NCBI GenBank assembly: GCA_963761335.1
Contig: CAVXGR010000011.1
Location: 288,001 to 352,000 of the forward strand
Reading direction: 5' to 3'
Length of the DNA: 64,000 nt
DNA from: an uncultured delta proteobacterium
GTDB taxonomy: Bacteria > Desulfobacterota > Binatia > HRBIN30 > BPIQ01
Made by a program: the position numbers and the translations under genes. Below the pieces are notes generated by a model. That model saw nothing but the letters and a program-made list of their open reading frames with translations. It was not told where the DNA came from and did not search any database. Shown piece by piece: positions 44,087 through 53,757 of the stretch. Numbering within the stretch: the stretch's first letter is position 1; each line of letters starts with the position of its first letter.

Positions 44087-45507
44087 ACTCCAGTCGCCGA
44101 TTGCTGACGACGCTCGTCAAGCTCGCCGACCTGAGCGTCATCATCGCCAGCTTCATCATCGCCATCGCCGCCACCGACGCGCAGGCGGGCAACAGCTGGT
44201 GGTCGATCCTGGAGATGCGCATTCAGCTGCGCAACGCCCTCTTCATGGCCGGCTACCTCGGCTTCTGGCACTTCGTCATGCGAACCCGCGGCCTCTACCG
44301 CTCCTACCGCCTCTCCGACCCGTCGAGGGAAATGCGCGAGATCGGGGCAACAGTGCTGATGTCGGTGGCGCCGCTGGTGCCGCTCAAGCCGATCCTCGGC
44401 TTCCACTTCGTCGACATCCCCTTCCTGCTCACCTTCTCCTTTGTGGCCTTCTGCGGTCTCTACCTCGAGCGCCGGCTGCTGCGGACCGTCGGCCGCGAAG
44501 TCCGCCGCTACGGTCGAAATCTGCGCAACGTCGTCGTCGTTGGCACCGGCAACGCCGCCCTCACCCTGGCCTCCAAGCTCGTCCAGCAGGAAGATCTCGG
44601 CTATCAGGTCGTGGAGGTCATCTCGGCGGGCGACTACGCCGACCCGAAGGGCGATGGCTACGCCGAGACGGCGGTGCTCATGCGCGTCGAGGCGCAGATC
44701 GAGCAGAATCCGGTCGACGAGCTTTTCATCGCCCTGCCGTTGGATTCCTCCGCGGCGCTGATCCAGAGCCTGATCTCTCTGTGCGAGGAGCAGGGGATCA
44801 CCGTGCGCCTCATGGCACAGGTGGCCTCGCTCTACTGGGCGCGCGCTGTCCTCGACGCCATCGACGGCCAGCCGATTCTCACCGTTCACACCGGCAGCCC
44901 CGACAACTTGGCACTGCTCGTCAAGCGCGCCATCGACATGCTCGGCGCCGCCCTCGGGCTGATCCTGCTGTCGCCGCTCCTCCTCGCCGCCGCCATCGTC
45001 ATCAAGCTCGACTCGCCCGGACCGGTCTTCTTCCGCCAGGAGCGCGTCGGCCTCAACCGCCGGCGCTTCCGCGCGTACAAGTTCCGCACCATGGTCGGCG
45101 ACGCCGAGAAGATGCAGGCGGCGCTCGAGCCGTTGAACGAGGCGCAGGGGCCGGTCTTCAAGATCGAGAACGACCCGCGCATCACTCGGGTCGGCAAGTG
45201 GCTGCGCCACCTGAGCATCGACGAGCTGCCCCAGCTCCTCAACGTGCTGATCGGGGAGATGAGCCTCGTCGGGCCGCGGCCCCTGCCGGTGCGCGACGTC
45301 AACCGCATCGACATTCGCTGGCACAAGCGCCGCTTCAGCGTGAAGCCGGGCATCACCTGCCTGTGGCAGGTGAACAGCCGCCAGCCGAAGTTCGACGAGT
45401 GGATCCAGTCCGACATGGAGTACATCGACAACTGGTCGCTGTCGCTCGACTTCAAGATTCTCGCCAAGACCATTCCGGCGGTGCTGTCGGGAGAGGGAGC
45501 GCACTGA
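44083..45507 (+). CDS. Polyprenyl-phosphate glycosyl-1-phosphotransferase (WcaJ/GumD-like priming transferase)
   Basis: KRAID, PVFFRQERVG, YKFRTM, DPRIT, SIDELPQL.NVL.GEMSLVGPRP, KPGIT, YIDNWS. Confidence 0.95.
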   Translation: MNSSRRLLTTLVKLADLSVIIASFIIAIAATDAQAGNSWWSILEMRIQLRNALFMAGYLGFWHFVMRTRGLYRSYRLSDPSREMREIGATVLMSVAPLVPLKPILGFHFVDIPFLLTFSFVAFCGLYLERRLLRTVGREVRRYGRNLRNVVVVGTGNAALTLASKLVQQEDLGYQVVEVISAGDYADPKGDGYAETAVLMRVEAQIEQNPVDELFIALPLDSSAALIQSLISLCEEQGITVRLMAQVASLYWARAVLDAIDGQPILTVHTGSPDNLALLVKRAIDMLGAALGLILLSPLLLAAAIVIKLDSPGPVFFRQERVGLNRRRFRAYKFRTMVGDAEKMQAALEPLNEAQGPVFKIENDPRITRVGKWLRHLSIDELPQLLNVLIGEMSLVGPRPLPVRDVNRIDIRWHKRRFSVKPGITCLWQVNSRQPKFDEWIQSDMEYIDNWSLSLDFKILAKTIPAVLSGEGAH

Positions 45508-45508
45508 A

Positions 45509-46258
45509 ATGGACGCGCATCGGGTTCCGGTTACCGTCATCGTCCCCTGCTACAACGAGGAAGAGGGTATCCCGGCGCTCGTCGCCCGGCTGCGCGCCAT
45601 GCGCCGCAACCCGGTGATGCAGCACTGGACCTTCCTCTTCATCGACGACGGCAGCAACGACGGCACCTTCGCCGAGCTGCTGCGCGCGGCGCGCGACGAG
45701 CCGTGGATCGAGGTGGTGCGCCACCACGAGAACCTCGGGCTCGGCGCCGCCCTGCGCACGGCGTTCGCGCACACCAGCGCCTGGGTCGTGTGCACCATCG
45801 ACAGCGACTGCACCTATCCGCCGGAACGACTTCCGGAGCTGACGGCGCTGATCGAGCAGGGCGCCGACATCGTCACCGCCTCGGCATGGCACCCCGAAAC
45901 CGACGAGCCGCAGGGGAGCTCGTATCGGCTGCTGCTGAGCCGCTTCGTGTCGCGTATCTACAAGCTGCTGATCGGGCAGGACATCCACACCTTCACCTGC
46001 CTCTTCCGCGCCTACCGGCGGGATGCGGTGGAGCGCACCCGCTTTCGTTCCAACGGATTCGCCGCGGTGGCGGAGATCATGCTCCGCGCCATCCTCGCGG
46101 GCTATCAGGTTCGCGAGGTTCCCATGGCTCTCGAGCACCGCCGCTACGGAGAGTCGAAGCTGCGTGTGGGCGACGCGGTCATCGCGCACCTTCGCCTGAT
46201 CACGCTGACATTGATGACGCTCGGAACGCGATTCATTCGCCATTCGTTCTGGGCCTGA
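45509..46258 (+). CDS. GT2, DPM1/ArnC-like polyprenol-phosphate glycosyltransferase
   Basis: VIVPCYNEE, IDDGSND, NLGLGAAL, TIDSD, FRAYRR, RRYGESK. Confidence 0.85.
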   Translation: MDAHRVPVTVIVPCYNEEEGIPALVARLRAMRRNPVMQHWTFLFIDDGSNDGTFAELLRAARDEPWIEVVRHHENLGLGAALRTAFAHTSAWVVCTIDSDCTYPPERLPELTALIEQGADIVTASAWHPETDEPQGSSYRLLLSRFVSRIYKLLIGQDIHTFTCLFRAYRRDAVERTRFRSNGFAAVAEIMLRAILAGYQVREVPMALEHRRYGESKLRVGDAVIAHLRLITLTLMTLGTRFIRHSFWA

Positions 46259-46280
46259 GACCAATCAAGGGGGCAACACG

Positions 46281-47291
46281 ATGAAGCTCGGAATCATTGG
46301 ATATGGACGCGCCGGGAAGGTGCACTTCGACTCCTGGAATCAGGTGGACGGCGGTGAAGTGGTCGCCGTCTGCGACGCGTCCGTCACTGCCCGTCAGGCC
46401 GCCGCACGGCTCGGGATGGCCGCCTATGCGGATCTGGATCACATGTTGGACGAAGCCGAGCTCGACGCAGTGAGCATCTGCACACCGCCCGACATCCATG
46501 CGGAAACGGCCGTCGCCTGTCTCGATCGCGGCCTGCACGTGCTCTGCGAAAAGCCGCTGGCACTGGCGCCCTGGGACGCTCTCCGCATGCTGCAGGCGGC
46601 CACCTCGGCGGGCCGCCATCTGCTTCTGGCGACCAAGTTCCGCCACGTCCCCGATCTGGTACTGGCCCGCGAGATGATTCTCTCCGGGGCGCTCGGCGAG
46701 CCGATCGCCTTCGAGATCAGCTTCTGCAGCCCGGTCGACATGAAAGGGCGTTGGAACGCGCAGCGCGAGCGCGCCGGCGGCGGCGTGATCATGGACAATG
46801 GTTGCCACGCCTTCGACCTGATCTCGTTTCTCTTCGGCTCTCTGGCGCGCATTCACGCGACCCTGCTCAAGCCGCTACAGCCGCTGGAAGTGGAGGACTC
46901 GGCCACGGTGCAGATCCGCACCGAGGACGGCGTCGTCGGTCGCGTCGATCTCAGCTGGAGCCTGTCCACCGGCCGCGACACCTACGTGGTCGTCTACGGC
47001 TCGCAGGGCACCGTCGAGATCGGCTGGCGCGGCTCGCGCGCCCGCACACGCGGCAGCGACTGGAAACCCCTCGACGGGCCGTACGACAAGGTCGATGCGC
47101 ACCGGCGCATGAACGAGCGCTTCATGGAGGTGGTCACCCGCAACCAGACGCCGTGGATCAGCCCGATCGAGTGCCTGCGAACCGTGGGCGCGGTCGATGC
47201 CGCCTATCGCTCCCTGCGCTCCAACGGTTGGGAGGACGTCGATCCCCATCCGCGCTGGGAGCAGCCGGCGGCGCACATGGTCGCCGTATGA
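46281..47291 (+). CDS. Gfo/Idh/MocA oxidoreductase
   Basis: GIIGYG, ICTP..H, HVLCEKP, GGGVIMDNGCHAFD. Confidence 0.92.
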   Translation: MKLGIIGYGRAGKVHFDSWNQVDGGEVVAVCDASVTARQAAARLGMAAYADLDHMLDEAELDAVSICTPPDIHAETAVACLDRGLHVLCEKPLALAPWDALRMLQAATSAGRHLLLATKFRHVPDLVLAREMILSGALGEPIAFEISFCSPVDMKGRWNAQRERAGGGVIMDNGCHAFDLISFLFGSLARIHATLLKPLQPLEVEDSATVQIRTEDGVVGRVDLSWSLSTGRDTYVVVYGSQGTVEIGWRGSRARTRGSDWKPLDGPYDKVDAHRRMNERFMEVVTRNQTPWISPIECLRTVGAVDAAYRSLRSNGWEDVDPHPRWEQPAAHMVAV

Positions 47292-47974
47292 GCGTCGTCG
47301 ATCGCCGCCCGCGCCTCCACCCGACGGCCATCGTCGAGGCGGGCGCACAGATCGGCCCCGGCACCTCCGTCTGGGACAACGTGCACGTGCGTGCCCCGGC
47401 GCAGATCGGCCGCGACTGCATCATCGGCGAGAAGACCTACATCGCCTACGGCGTCCACATCGGCGATCTCGTGAAGATCAATGCGCAGGTCTACATCTGC
47501 ACCGGGGTCGCCATCGAAAGCCGTGTCATGATCGCCGCCGGCGTCATCTTCACCAACGACCGCTACCCGCGCGCCTTCGACGAGCCCGGCGACGGCCTCG
47601 CCTTCTCCGGCCCCACGGAGGAGACGCTCTGCACGACGGTCGGCGAGGGCGCCACCATCGGCGCCGCAGCGTGCATCGGCCCGGGCCTGGCAATCGGCCG
47701 CTTCGCCATGGTGGGCATGGGCGCCGTGGTCACCGCCGACGTGCCGGCGCATGGGCTGGTCTACGGCAACCCGGCGCGCCTGCGCGGCTACGTGTGCATC
47801 TGCGGCGCGCCGCTCCTGGACGGCGCCGCGCCGGGCGAGGACGGCGGCTCCTGTGACCGCTGCCGGCGCGCCTTTCGCCTGAGCCCCGGAGGCGGCGACC
47901 TTGGCTCGCGGCTGCGATTCGAGATGCCGCCGCGCCCGACGCGGCGCGCGGCCCTGCAGGCGGCGCTGCGATGA
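47288..47974 (+). CDS. Hexapeptide-repeat N-acetyltransferase (WbpD-like)
   Basis: HPTAIVE, FTNDRYPR, GATIGA, GAVVTADVP..VYGNPAR..GYVCICG. Confidence 0.88.
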   Translation: MSVVDRRPRLHPTAIVEAGAQIGPGTSVWDNVHVRAPAQIGRDCIIGEKTYIAYGVHIGDLVKINAQVYICTGVAIESRVMIAAGVIFTNDRYPRAFDEPGDGLAFSGPTEETLCTTVGEGATIGAAACIGPGLAIGRFAMVGMGAVVTADVPAHGLVYGNPARLRGYVCICGAPLLDGAAPGEDGGSCDRCRRAFRLSPGGGDLGSRLRFEMPPRPTRRAALQAALR

Positions 47975-49698
47975 TCTCGCTGTTCGGCCGCGACGAGTAC
48001 GCACTGGCAGGGGTCGCGGCCCTCCTCGAAATCGACAAGATTCCCTACCGTCGCCTCCGCCACGTCGAGGCGCGCGACGAGAACTTGCTGCTGGTCGCCG
48101 GCGCCGAGCTCACCGCCGGCGACATCGCCATGCTTCACCATCGACCGACGCTGGTGCTCGACGGCGGGCCGTTGTTCGCGCAGCAGGTATTTCGCATCTC
48201 CTCGGCGATGCACGACAACCGGCCGTGCGCCATCGATCTCGAGCAGCCGATCTGGCCGGCCGCCGTCGTCGAGCTCGCCGCGCGCTTCGGCAAGCGCGAG
48301 CTGCAGCTGCCGCTGGCGCCGTTCTGCGTGGCGCCGCACCTCGGCCGCGGCACCGTGCTGGCCACGCAGTCGTCGCCGTTGGCGACGCCGCCGCAGCCGG
48401 CGGTGGTGCGCCTGGATGAATGCGTCTGGTGCACGGTCGACCTGGGAACGGCCTTCGCCAACCTGATCACCGAGTCGTACTGGCCGGCGCGGCGCGCTCG
48501 CAGCCCGTTCCAGCTCGCCGCCCGGCGCTTCGCCGAAGGCCTCTATTACGCCCTGCCGCGCCGAGCCCGCGAGCTGGCGCAGCGCCAATCGTACAGCGTG
48601 CTCGAGCGCCGCCTGCACATGGCGGACTCAGGGCGCGTTTCGGAATATCCGCTGGACGCCAGCGGCTGGCTGCTGAGCGAGCTCCTCCGCAGTCTCCTCC
48701 TGCTCGCCGCCGGCTCGCTTCTGCGACTGGAGCGCTGGCCGGCGCCGTTCGCCTCCGCCGCCGCGATGACGGCGGACGTCGAGCCGCACCGCTACGCCTA
48801 CGAGCACGGCCTCGGCCGCCTGCTATGCCATCCGGCCACGGCCCGGCATTCCACCTCCTTCGGCCTGGTCGCCGAGGCGGCCGGCGCGCATCTGCGGCAG
48901 AGCGACGGCGACCATCTGGCAGCGCACGAGGTCTACTGTCACGGCCTCACCCATCGCGGCGACCCGGTCGTCGGACGCGGCGCCGTCGCCCGCCGTATGC
49001 GCACGGCGCGCGCGCTCCTGGAAGAACGGATCGGGCGAGCCGTGGTCGGATACCGCAGCCCGCGACTGGACCGCTCCGCCGACCTGCAATGGGCGCTCGA
49101 CGACTGCGGCTTCGAGTACGACTCCTCGTATCCCGACATCGATCGGGAGAACACCGCCCACTACGGCAGCGGCGTGCGCCTCAACGTCCCCTTTCGGCCG
49201 CCGCTCGCCGATGGCAGAGGCGCTTTCCGGCGGAGCCGCTGTCTGGAGCTGCCGCTGACCGCACCCGACTGCATTCAGCCGCTCTTCGGCGGCGTATCGC
49301 TGCAGGACCTGCGCCGCACGGTTGCCGAGAAGGCCGACTTCGTGCGCTCCACCGGCGGTCTCTATCTGGCCCTGGTGCACGCCGGCGTCTTTGGCAACGA
49401 CGACGCCGGGCGGCGCGAGGACCACCTCGCCTTCGTCTGCAGCCAGCTGCAACACCCCGAGACCTGGTTCGCGACGCAGGCCGAGATCGCCACCTGGTGG
49501 ACGCAGCGGGAGCAGCTGCACGTGGACGCAACTCGCGCCGGCGCAACCATTCGCAACGACGGCGAGCGCACCGTTTTCAGCGTGCGCCTGGTGCTCGAGC
49601 AGGACGGCGGCTCCACTTCCATTGCCGTTCCGCCGCTCGAGCCCGGAGCCGTGGTCGAGCTGAGCCTTCGCCGGCAGGAACCTCTGCCGGCCGCCTGA
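47971..49698 (+). CDS. Polysaccharide deacetylase-like protein (C-terminal NodB-type domain)
   Basis: MTADVE, HGLTH, GYRSPRL, FEYDSS, LELPLT. Confidence 0.65.
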   Translation: MISLFGRDEYALAGVAALLEIDKIPYRRLRHVEARDENLLLVAGAELTAGDIAMLHHRPTLVLDGGPLFAQQVFRISSAMHDNRPCAIDLEQPIWPAAVVELAARFGKRELQLPLAPFCVAPHLGRGTVLATQSSPLATPPQPAVVRLDECVWCTVDLGTAFANLITESYWPARRARSPFQLAARRFAEGLYYALPRRARELAQRQSYSVLERRLHMADSGRVSEYPLDASGWLLSELLRSLLLLAAGSLLRLERWPAPFASAAAMTADVEPHRYAYEHGLGRLLCHPATARHSTSFGLVAEAAGAHLRQSDGDHLAAHEVYCHGLTHRGDPVVGRGAVARRMRTARALLEERIGRAVVGYRSPRLDRSADLQWALDDCGFEYDSSYPDIDRENTAHYGSGVRLNVPFRPPLADGRGAFRRSRCLELPLTAPDCIQPLFGGVSLQDLRRTVAEKADFVRSTGGLYLALVHAGVFGNDDAGRREDHLAFVCSQLQHPETWFATQAEIATWWTQREQLHVDATRAGATIRNDGERTVFSVRLVLEQDGGSTSIAVPPLEPGAVVELSLRRQEPLPAA

Positions 49699-49711
49699 GG
49701 AAGGAGTGAGA

Positions 49712-51055
49712 ATGGACGTCAACCCCGACAGCAAGCGCGTCGCGGTGATCGGCGGAGGTATCGCCGGGCTCGCCTCGGCGCACTACCTCCTGAACAACGG
49801 TTATGCACCGGTGGTCTTCGAAGGCGCCGACCGGCTCGGCGGCCTGGCCACCACCTTCGAGCATCGCGGCACCATCCTCGATTGCTTCTATCACGTCATC
49901 CTCGATTCCGACGCCGACCTCTGCGCCCTCACCGCCGAGCTCGGCATCGCCGACCAGCACATCTGGCGCGAGACCGGGATGGGGTTCCACATCGGCGGCA
50001 CGCTCTACGGCTTCAACAGCCCGCTCGACCTGCTGCGCTTCGACGCCCTCTCCGTCGCCGATCGGCTGCGCACCGGTCTCGGCGCCTTCTACATCACGCA
50101 GATGAAGAAGAAGGCCCTGGATCTCGACCGCGTCTACGCCCGCGACTGGCTGCTGCGCATCTTCGGGCGCCGCGTCTTCGAGCGCATCTGGGAGCCGCTG
50201 CTGCGCGCCAAGTTCGGCGAGCGTCTGGAGACCGTGCCCGCCTACTGGGTCTGGAACACCCTCAATCGCGAGAAGAACGGCAGTCAGGAAGTGAAGGGCT
50301 ATCTGCGCGGCGGCTATCACGGCTTCACGCTGGCGCTGCGCGACTCCATCCTGGCGCGCGGCGGCCAGATTCACCTGCGCACCCCGATCACCGCGATCGA
50401 GGAGCGCAACGGCCGGATCGGCGTCACCGCCGGTGGCCACGAGCACCAGTTCGAAGCGACCATCTCCACCCTGCCGCTGCCGTTGCTGGAGCGCATTGCG
50501 CGCGGCGCGCTGTCATCGCAGGTGCCGCTGCCGGAGCTGGGCTACCAGGGCGTGGTCAACGCCCTGGTGGTCTCGCGGCAGCCGCTGGAGCGCTTCTACT
50601 GGACGATCGTCGTCGATCCGCAGTTCCCGTTCCAGGGAGTGGTCGAGACCACGCACGTCATTCCCAGCGAGTCCATCGGCAATCGCCATCTGATCTATCT
50701 CATGAACTACTGCGAGGCCGATTCCGAGCCGTACACGCGCAGCGACGCCCTGGTAAAGCGCCAGGCGATCGAGGGGCTGCAGCATCTCTATCCGGGCTTC
50801 CGCCCCGCCGCGGTCGAGGATGTCTATGTCTTCCGCGCACCGCACGTGGAGCCGGTATGGTCGGTGGGCTATCTCCAGAAGCGGCCGGCGGCGCGCGTCG
50901 GCAGCTCCGCGCTCTACGTCAGCACCACGGCGCAGGCATACCCGCGCGTGACTGCCTGGAACACCAGCATCGGTCTCGCGCGTGAGACCGTGGAGGCCCT
51001 GGTCGGCGACCTACGCCAGCAGGTGGCCGACAGGGGAACGAGAGCCGCCGCGTGA
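49712..51055 (+). CDS. FAD-dependent oxidoreductase (amine oxidase/HemY-like fold)
   Basis: VAVIGGGIAGL..FE..LGGL, FYH, GYLRGG. Confidence 0.85.
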   Translation: MDVNPDSKRVAVIGGGIAGLASAHYLLNNGYAPVVFEGADRLGGLATTFEHRGTILDCFYHVILDSDADLCALTAELGIADQHIWRETGMGFHIGGTLYGFNSPLDLLRFDALSVADRLRTGLGAFYITQMKKKALDLDRVYARDWLLRIFGRRVFERIWEPLLRAKFGERLETVPAYWVWNTLNREKNGSQEVKGYLRGGYHGFTLALRDSILARGGQIHLRTPITAIEERNGRIGVTAGGHEHQFEATISTLPLPLLERIARGALSSQVPLPELGYQGVVNALVVSRQPLERFYWTIVVDPQFPFQGVVETTHVIPSESIGNRHLIYLMNYCEADSEPYTRSDALVKRQAIEGLQHLYPGFRPAAVEDVYVFRAPHVEPVWSVGYLQKRPAARVGSSALYVSTTAQAYPRVTAWNTSIGLARETVEALVGDLRQQVADRGTRAAA

Positions 51056-52428
51056 AACCCTCCTCCGCCATCGCTCGGCTCGAGGCGCATCCCGGCGCGG
51101 TGATCTTCACCGTCGCGCTCGCTGTGCGCCTCGGCTGGGTGCTCACTCTGGGGAATTCCGTGTCGTGGCCCGACGAGCGAGAGTTCATCGGCATCGCGCG
51201 CCATCTGCTGGCGGGCGATGGCTACATCGGCCCGAGCTATCGCGCCAATCCGATTCTGCCTCTCTATTTGGCGGCGATGTTCTCCCTGTTCGGCAAGGGC
51301 CTGGCGGCGGCGCGCATCGGCCAGAGCCTCGTCGGCGCGCTCACCTGCGTGCTCCTCTACCGCATCGGCACCCGCGTCGCTGGCCGCACTGCCGGGGTCG
51401 TCGCCGGCGCGGTGCTCGCCGTCTATCTGCCACACATCTACCTGAGCGGTGTGTTCTACGTGGAGTGCCTCTTCACTTTCTTCATCGCCCTCTCGGTGCT
51501 TCTCGCCATCACCGCCGCGGGCGGCGCGCACCCCTATCGCTGGGCTCTCGCCTGCGGCATCAGCTGCGGTTTGGCGGTGCTCACCCGACCCGTGTTTACC
51601 GCCGTCGTGCCGGCACTTTGCGCTGCCTGGATCTATGCCGGCTGGCCCGCGTGGCGGCGCCACCTCGCCGCATGCGCCGTCTGCGTCCTCGGCTGTGCGG
51701 CGGTGATCCTGCCGTGGACCGTGCGCAACCGCGTCGTCTACGGCCGTTGGGTGCCGGTGGCGAGCGGCTTCTACACGGCACTGTGGCAGGGCAACAACGT
51801 GCTCGCCGAGGGCGATGCCGACGACCGTTTCTTCTGGGACTCCGAACCCTGGCAGCGGCGGCTCCAGGAGCTCGATCCCGCCACCCGCGAGCACCTGCGC
51901 TCCACGTACGCGGACATCGAGCGCCGCAGCCGCGCGCTGGAGAAGCAGCTGGGGGATCAGTTTCTGGCAACCGACCAGATCCTCGGGCCGGTCGCCCTGG
52001 CGCAGATCAGCGCCAATCCGGGCCACACCCTCCGCCTGGCCGGCCGCAAGGTCCGCACCCTGTTCTCGGCGTTCACCGATACCGACACCGACAACGCCGT
52101 GACCTCGCCCGGGTATCGCATGGCGGCAGCGGCCGTCTACTACCCGGTGTTGGCCTTCGCCATTGCCGGCGCCCTTCTCGGGCTGCGGCAGAGCCGCGCC
52201 ATGGCAATCATCTACGCCGTGGTCGTCGCCCAGGTGGCGCTGTACGCGCTGCTGACCGCCTGCACGCGCTTCCGCCTGCCACTGGACCCCTACCTGATCC
52301 TCTTCGCCGCCATCGCCCTCACTCGCTTGCCAATCGGGGCCAGGGTCATCTGGAAGCGTGCCGCAGCAGCGGGCGCGCCCTACGTCGCCGAGCGGGAAGA
52401 AGCCCCGCGTGGCAGAAACGTCATCTGA
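51052..52428 (+). CDS. GT-C (ArnT/PMT-like) membrane glycosyltransferase
   Basis: Many TM helices, WPDEREF acidic loop after TM1, LTRP, PWTVRN, RFRLP. Confidence 0.8.
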   Translation: MKPSSAIARLEAHPGAVIFTVALAVRLGWVLTLGNSVSWPDEREFIGIARHLLAGDGYIGPSYRANPILPLYLAAMFSLFGKGLAAARIGQSLVGALTCVLLYRIGTRVAGRTAGVVAGAVLAVYLPHIYLSGVFYVECLFTFFIALSVLLAITAAGGAHPYRWALACGISCGLAVLTRPVFTAVVPALCAAWIYAGWPAWRRHLAACAVCVLGCAAVILPWTVRNRVVYGRWVPVASGFYTALWQGNNVLAEGDADDRFFWDSEPWQRRLQELDPATREHLRSTYADIERRSRALEKQLGDQFLATDQILGPVALAQISANPGHTLRLAGRKVRTLFSAFTDTDTDNAVTSPGYRMAAAAVYYPVLAFAIAGALLGLRQSRAMAIIYAVVVAQVALYALLTACTRFRLPLDPYLILFAAIALTRLPIGARVIWKRAAAAGAPYVAEREEAPRGRNVI

Positions 52429-52457
52429 GCCGCCAGGCCCACAATCGCAGGAGAGAA

Positions 52458-53738
52458 ATGCAAACGAACGCATCGCTACCCCTTCCGTCGGACGCCAACC
52501 ATACCGGTCGCGACCTCGGTGAGTCCGAGCTCGACCTGCTGCGCCAGGTCATCGAGTCGGGAACGCTCAACTGCACCAAGGGAACCCAGGTGAATGCGTT
52601 CGAGCGCGAGTTCGCGGCCCGCTTCGGCGCGGCGCACGCCCGCGCCGTGACCTCGGGGACCGCCGCCGTCCACACCGCCATCGCCGCTGTCGACCCGGAG
52701 CCGGGGGACGAGATCATCACCACGCCGGTCACCGACATGGGAGCCATCGCCCCGATTCTCTTTCAGCAGGCGATCCCGGTATTCGCCGACGTCGATCCGG
52801 TTTCGCTCAACGTCACTCCGCAGAGCGTCGCTGCGCGCCTCACGGCGCGCACCCGGGCGATCATCGCCACTCATCTCTTCGGCAGTCCCTGCGACATGGA
52901 GGGCATCCGGGCTCTGGCGGCGCCGCTCGGGATTCCCGTGATCGAGGACTGCGCGCAAGCGTTTCTCGCCAGCTACAACGGCCAGCTGGTCGGCACCATC
53001 GGCGACATCGGCGCCTTCAGCTTTCAACAGGGCAAGCACATGACCACCGGCGAAGGCGGCGTGGTGATCACCAACGACGCCGGCCGGGCACGCTGGATGC
53101 GGCTGTTCAGCGACAAGGCCTGGGGATACGGCGACCCCGATCCCGACCACTACTTCCTGGCCCTCAACTATCGCATGACCGACCTGCAGGGAGCGGTGGC
53201 GCGCGCCCAGCTGGAGAAGCTCGACGGCGTCGTGGCGCGGCGGCAGGCCTCGGCCTCGCGACTGACGCGCGAGCTCGCCGGCCTGCCGGGGCTGACGCTG
53301 CCGGCGCCGCTGCGCGGCGCCTCGCACGTCTACTGGAAGTACGCCATCAGCGTCGACCCCGAGATCATCGAAGGCGGCGCCGACGCCTTCGGCGCCGCCC
53401 TCAAGGCGGCGGGCATCTTCTGCGCGCCGCGCTACATCCAAAAGCCCGCGTTCGAGTGCCGCGTGTTCACCGAGCGCAAGACGTACGGCCGCAGTCGCTG
53501 CCCGTTCTCCTGCCGCGAACGCGAAGGCGGCGCTCCCGTGGTCTACGACATTGCCGACTACCCGGGCACCCGCCAGGGGCTCGAGCGCATCGTCGTGCTT
53601 CCCTGGAACGAGTTCTACACCGAGGAACACGTCCGCTTCATCGCCCACACCATCCGCAGCGTCACCGGTACGCTGTGCCGCGAGTCCCTTTCCGGCGCTC
53701 GGCGCGACGCCGGGCGCGGCCGCCAGCTGGAGGCCTGA
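52458..53738 (+). CDS. DegT/DnrJ/EryC1/StrS sugar aminotransferase
   Basis: SGTAA, PVFADVD, HLFG, IEDCAQ, FSFQQGKHMTTGEGG, NYRMT. Confidence 0.93.
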   Translation: MQTNASLPLPSDANHTGRDLGESELDLLRQVIESGTLNCTKGTQVNAFEREFAARFGAAHARAVTSGTAAVHTAIAAVDPEPGDEIITTPVTDMGAIAPILFQQAIPVFADVDPVSLNVTPQSVAARLTARTRAIIATHLFGSPCDMEGIRALAAPLGIPVIEDCAQAFLASYNGQLVGTIGDIGAFSFQQGKHMTTGEGGVVITNDAGRARWMRLFSDKAWGYGDPDPDHYFLALNYRMTDLQGAVARAQLEKLDGVVARRQASASRLTRELAGLPGLTLPAPLRGASHVYWKYAISVDPEIIEGGADAFGAALKAAGIFCAPRYIQKPAFECRVFTERKTYGRSRCPFSCREREGGAPVVYDIADYPGTRQGLERIVVLPWNEFYTEEHVRFIAHTIRSVTGTLCRESLSGARRDAGRGRQLEA

Positions 53739-53757
53739 GAGCCCCACGCCCTCTCCC

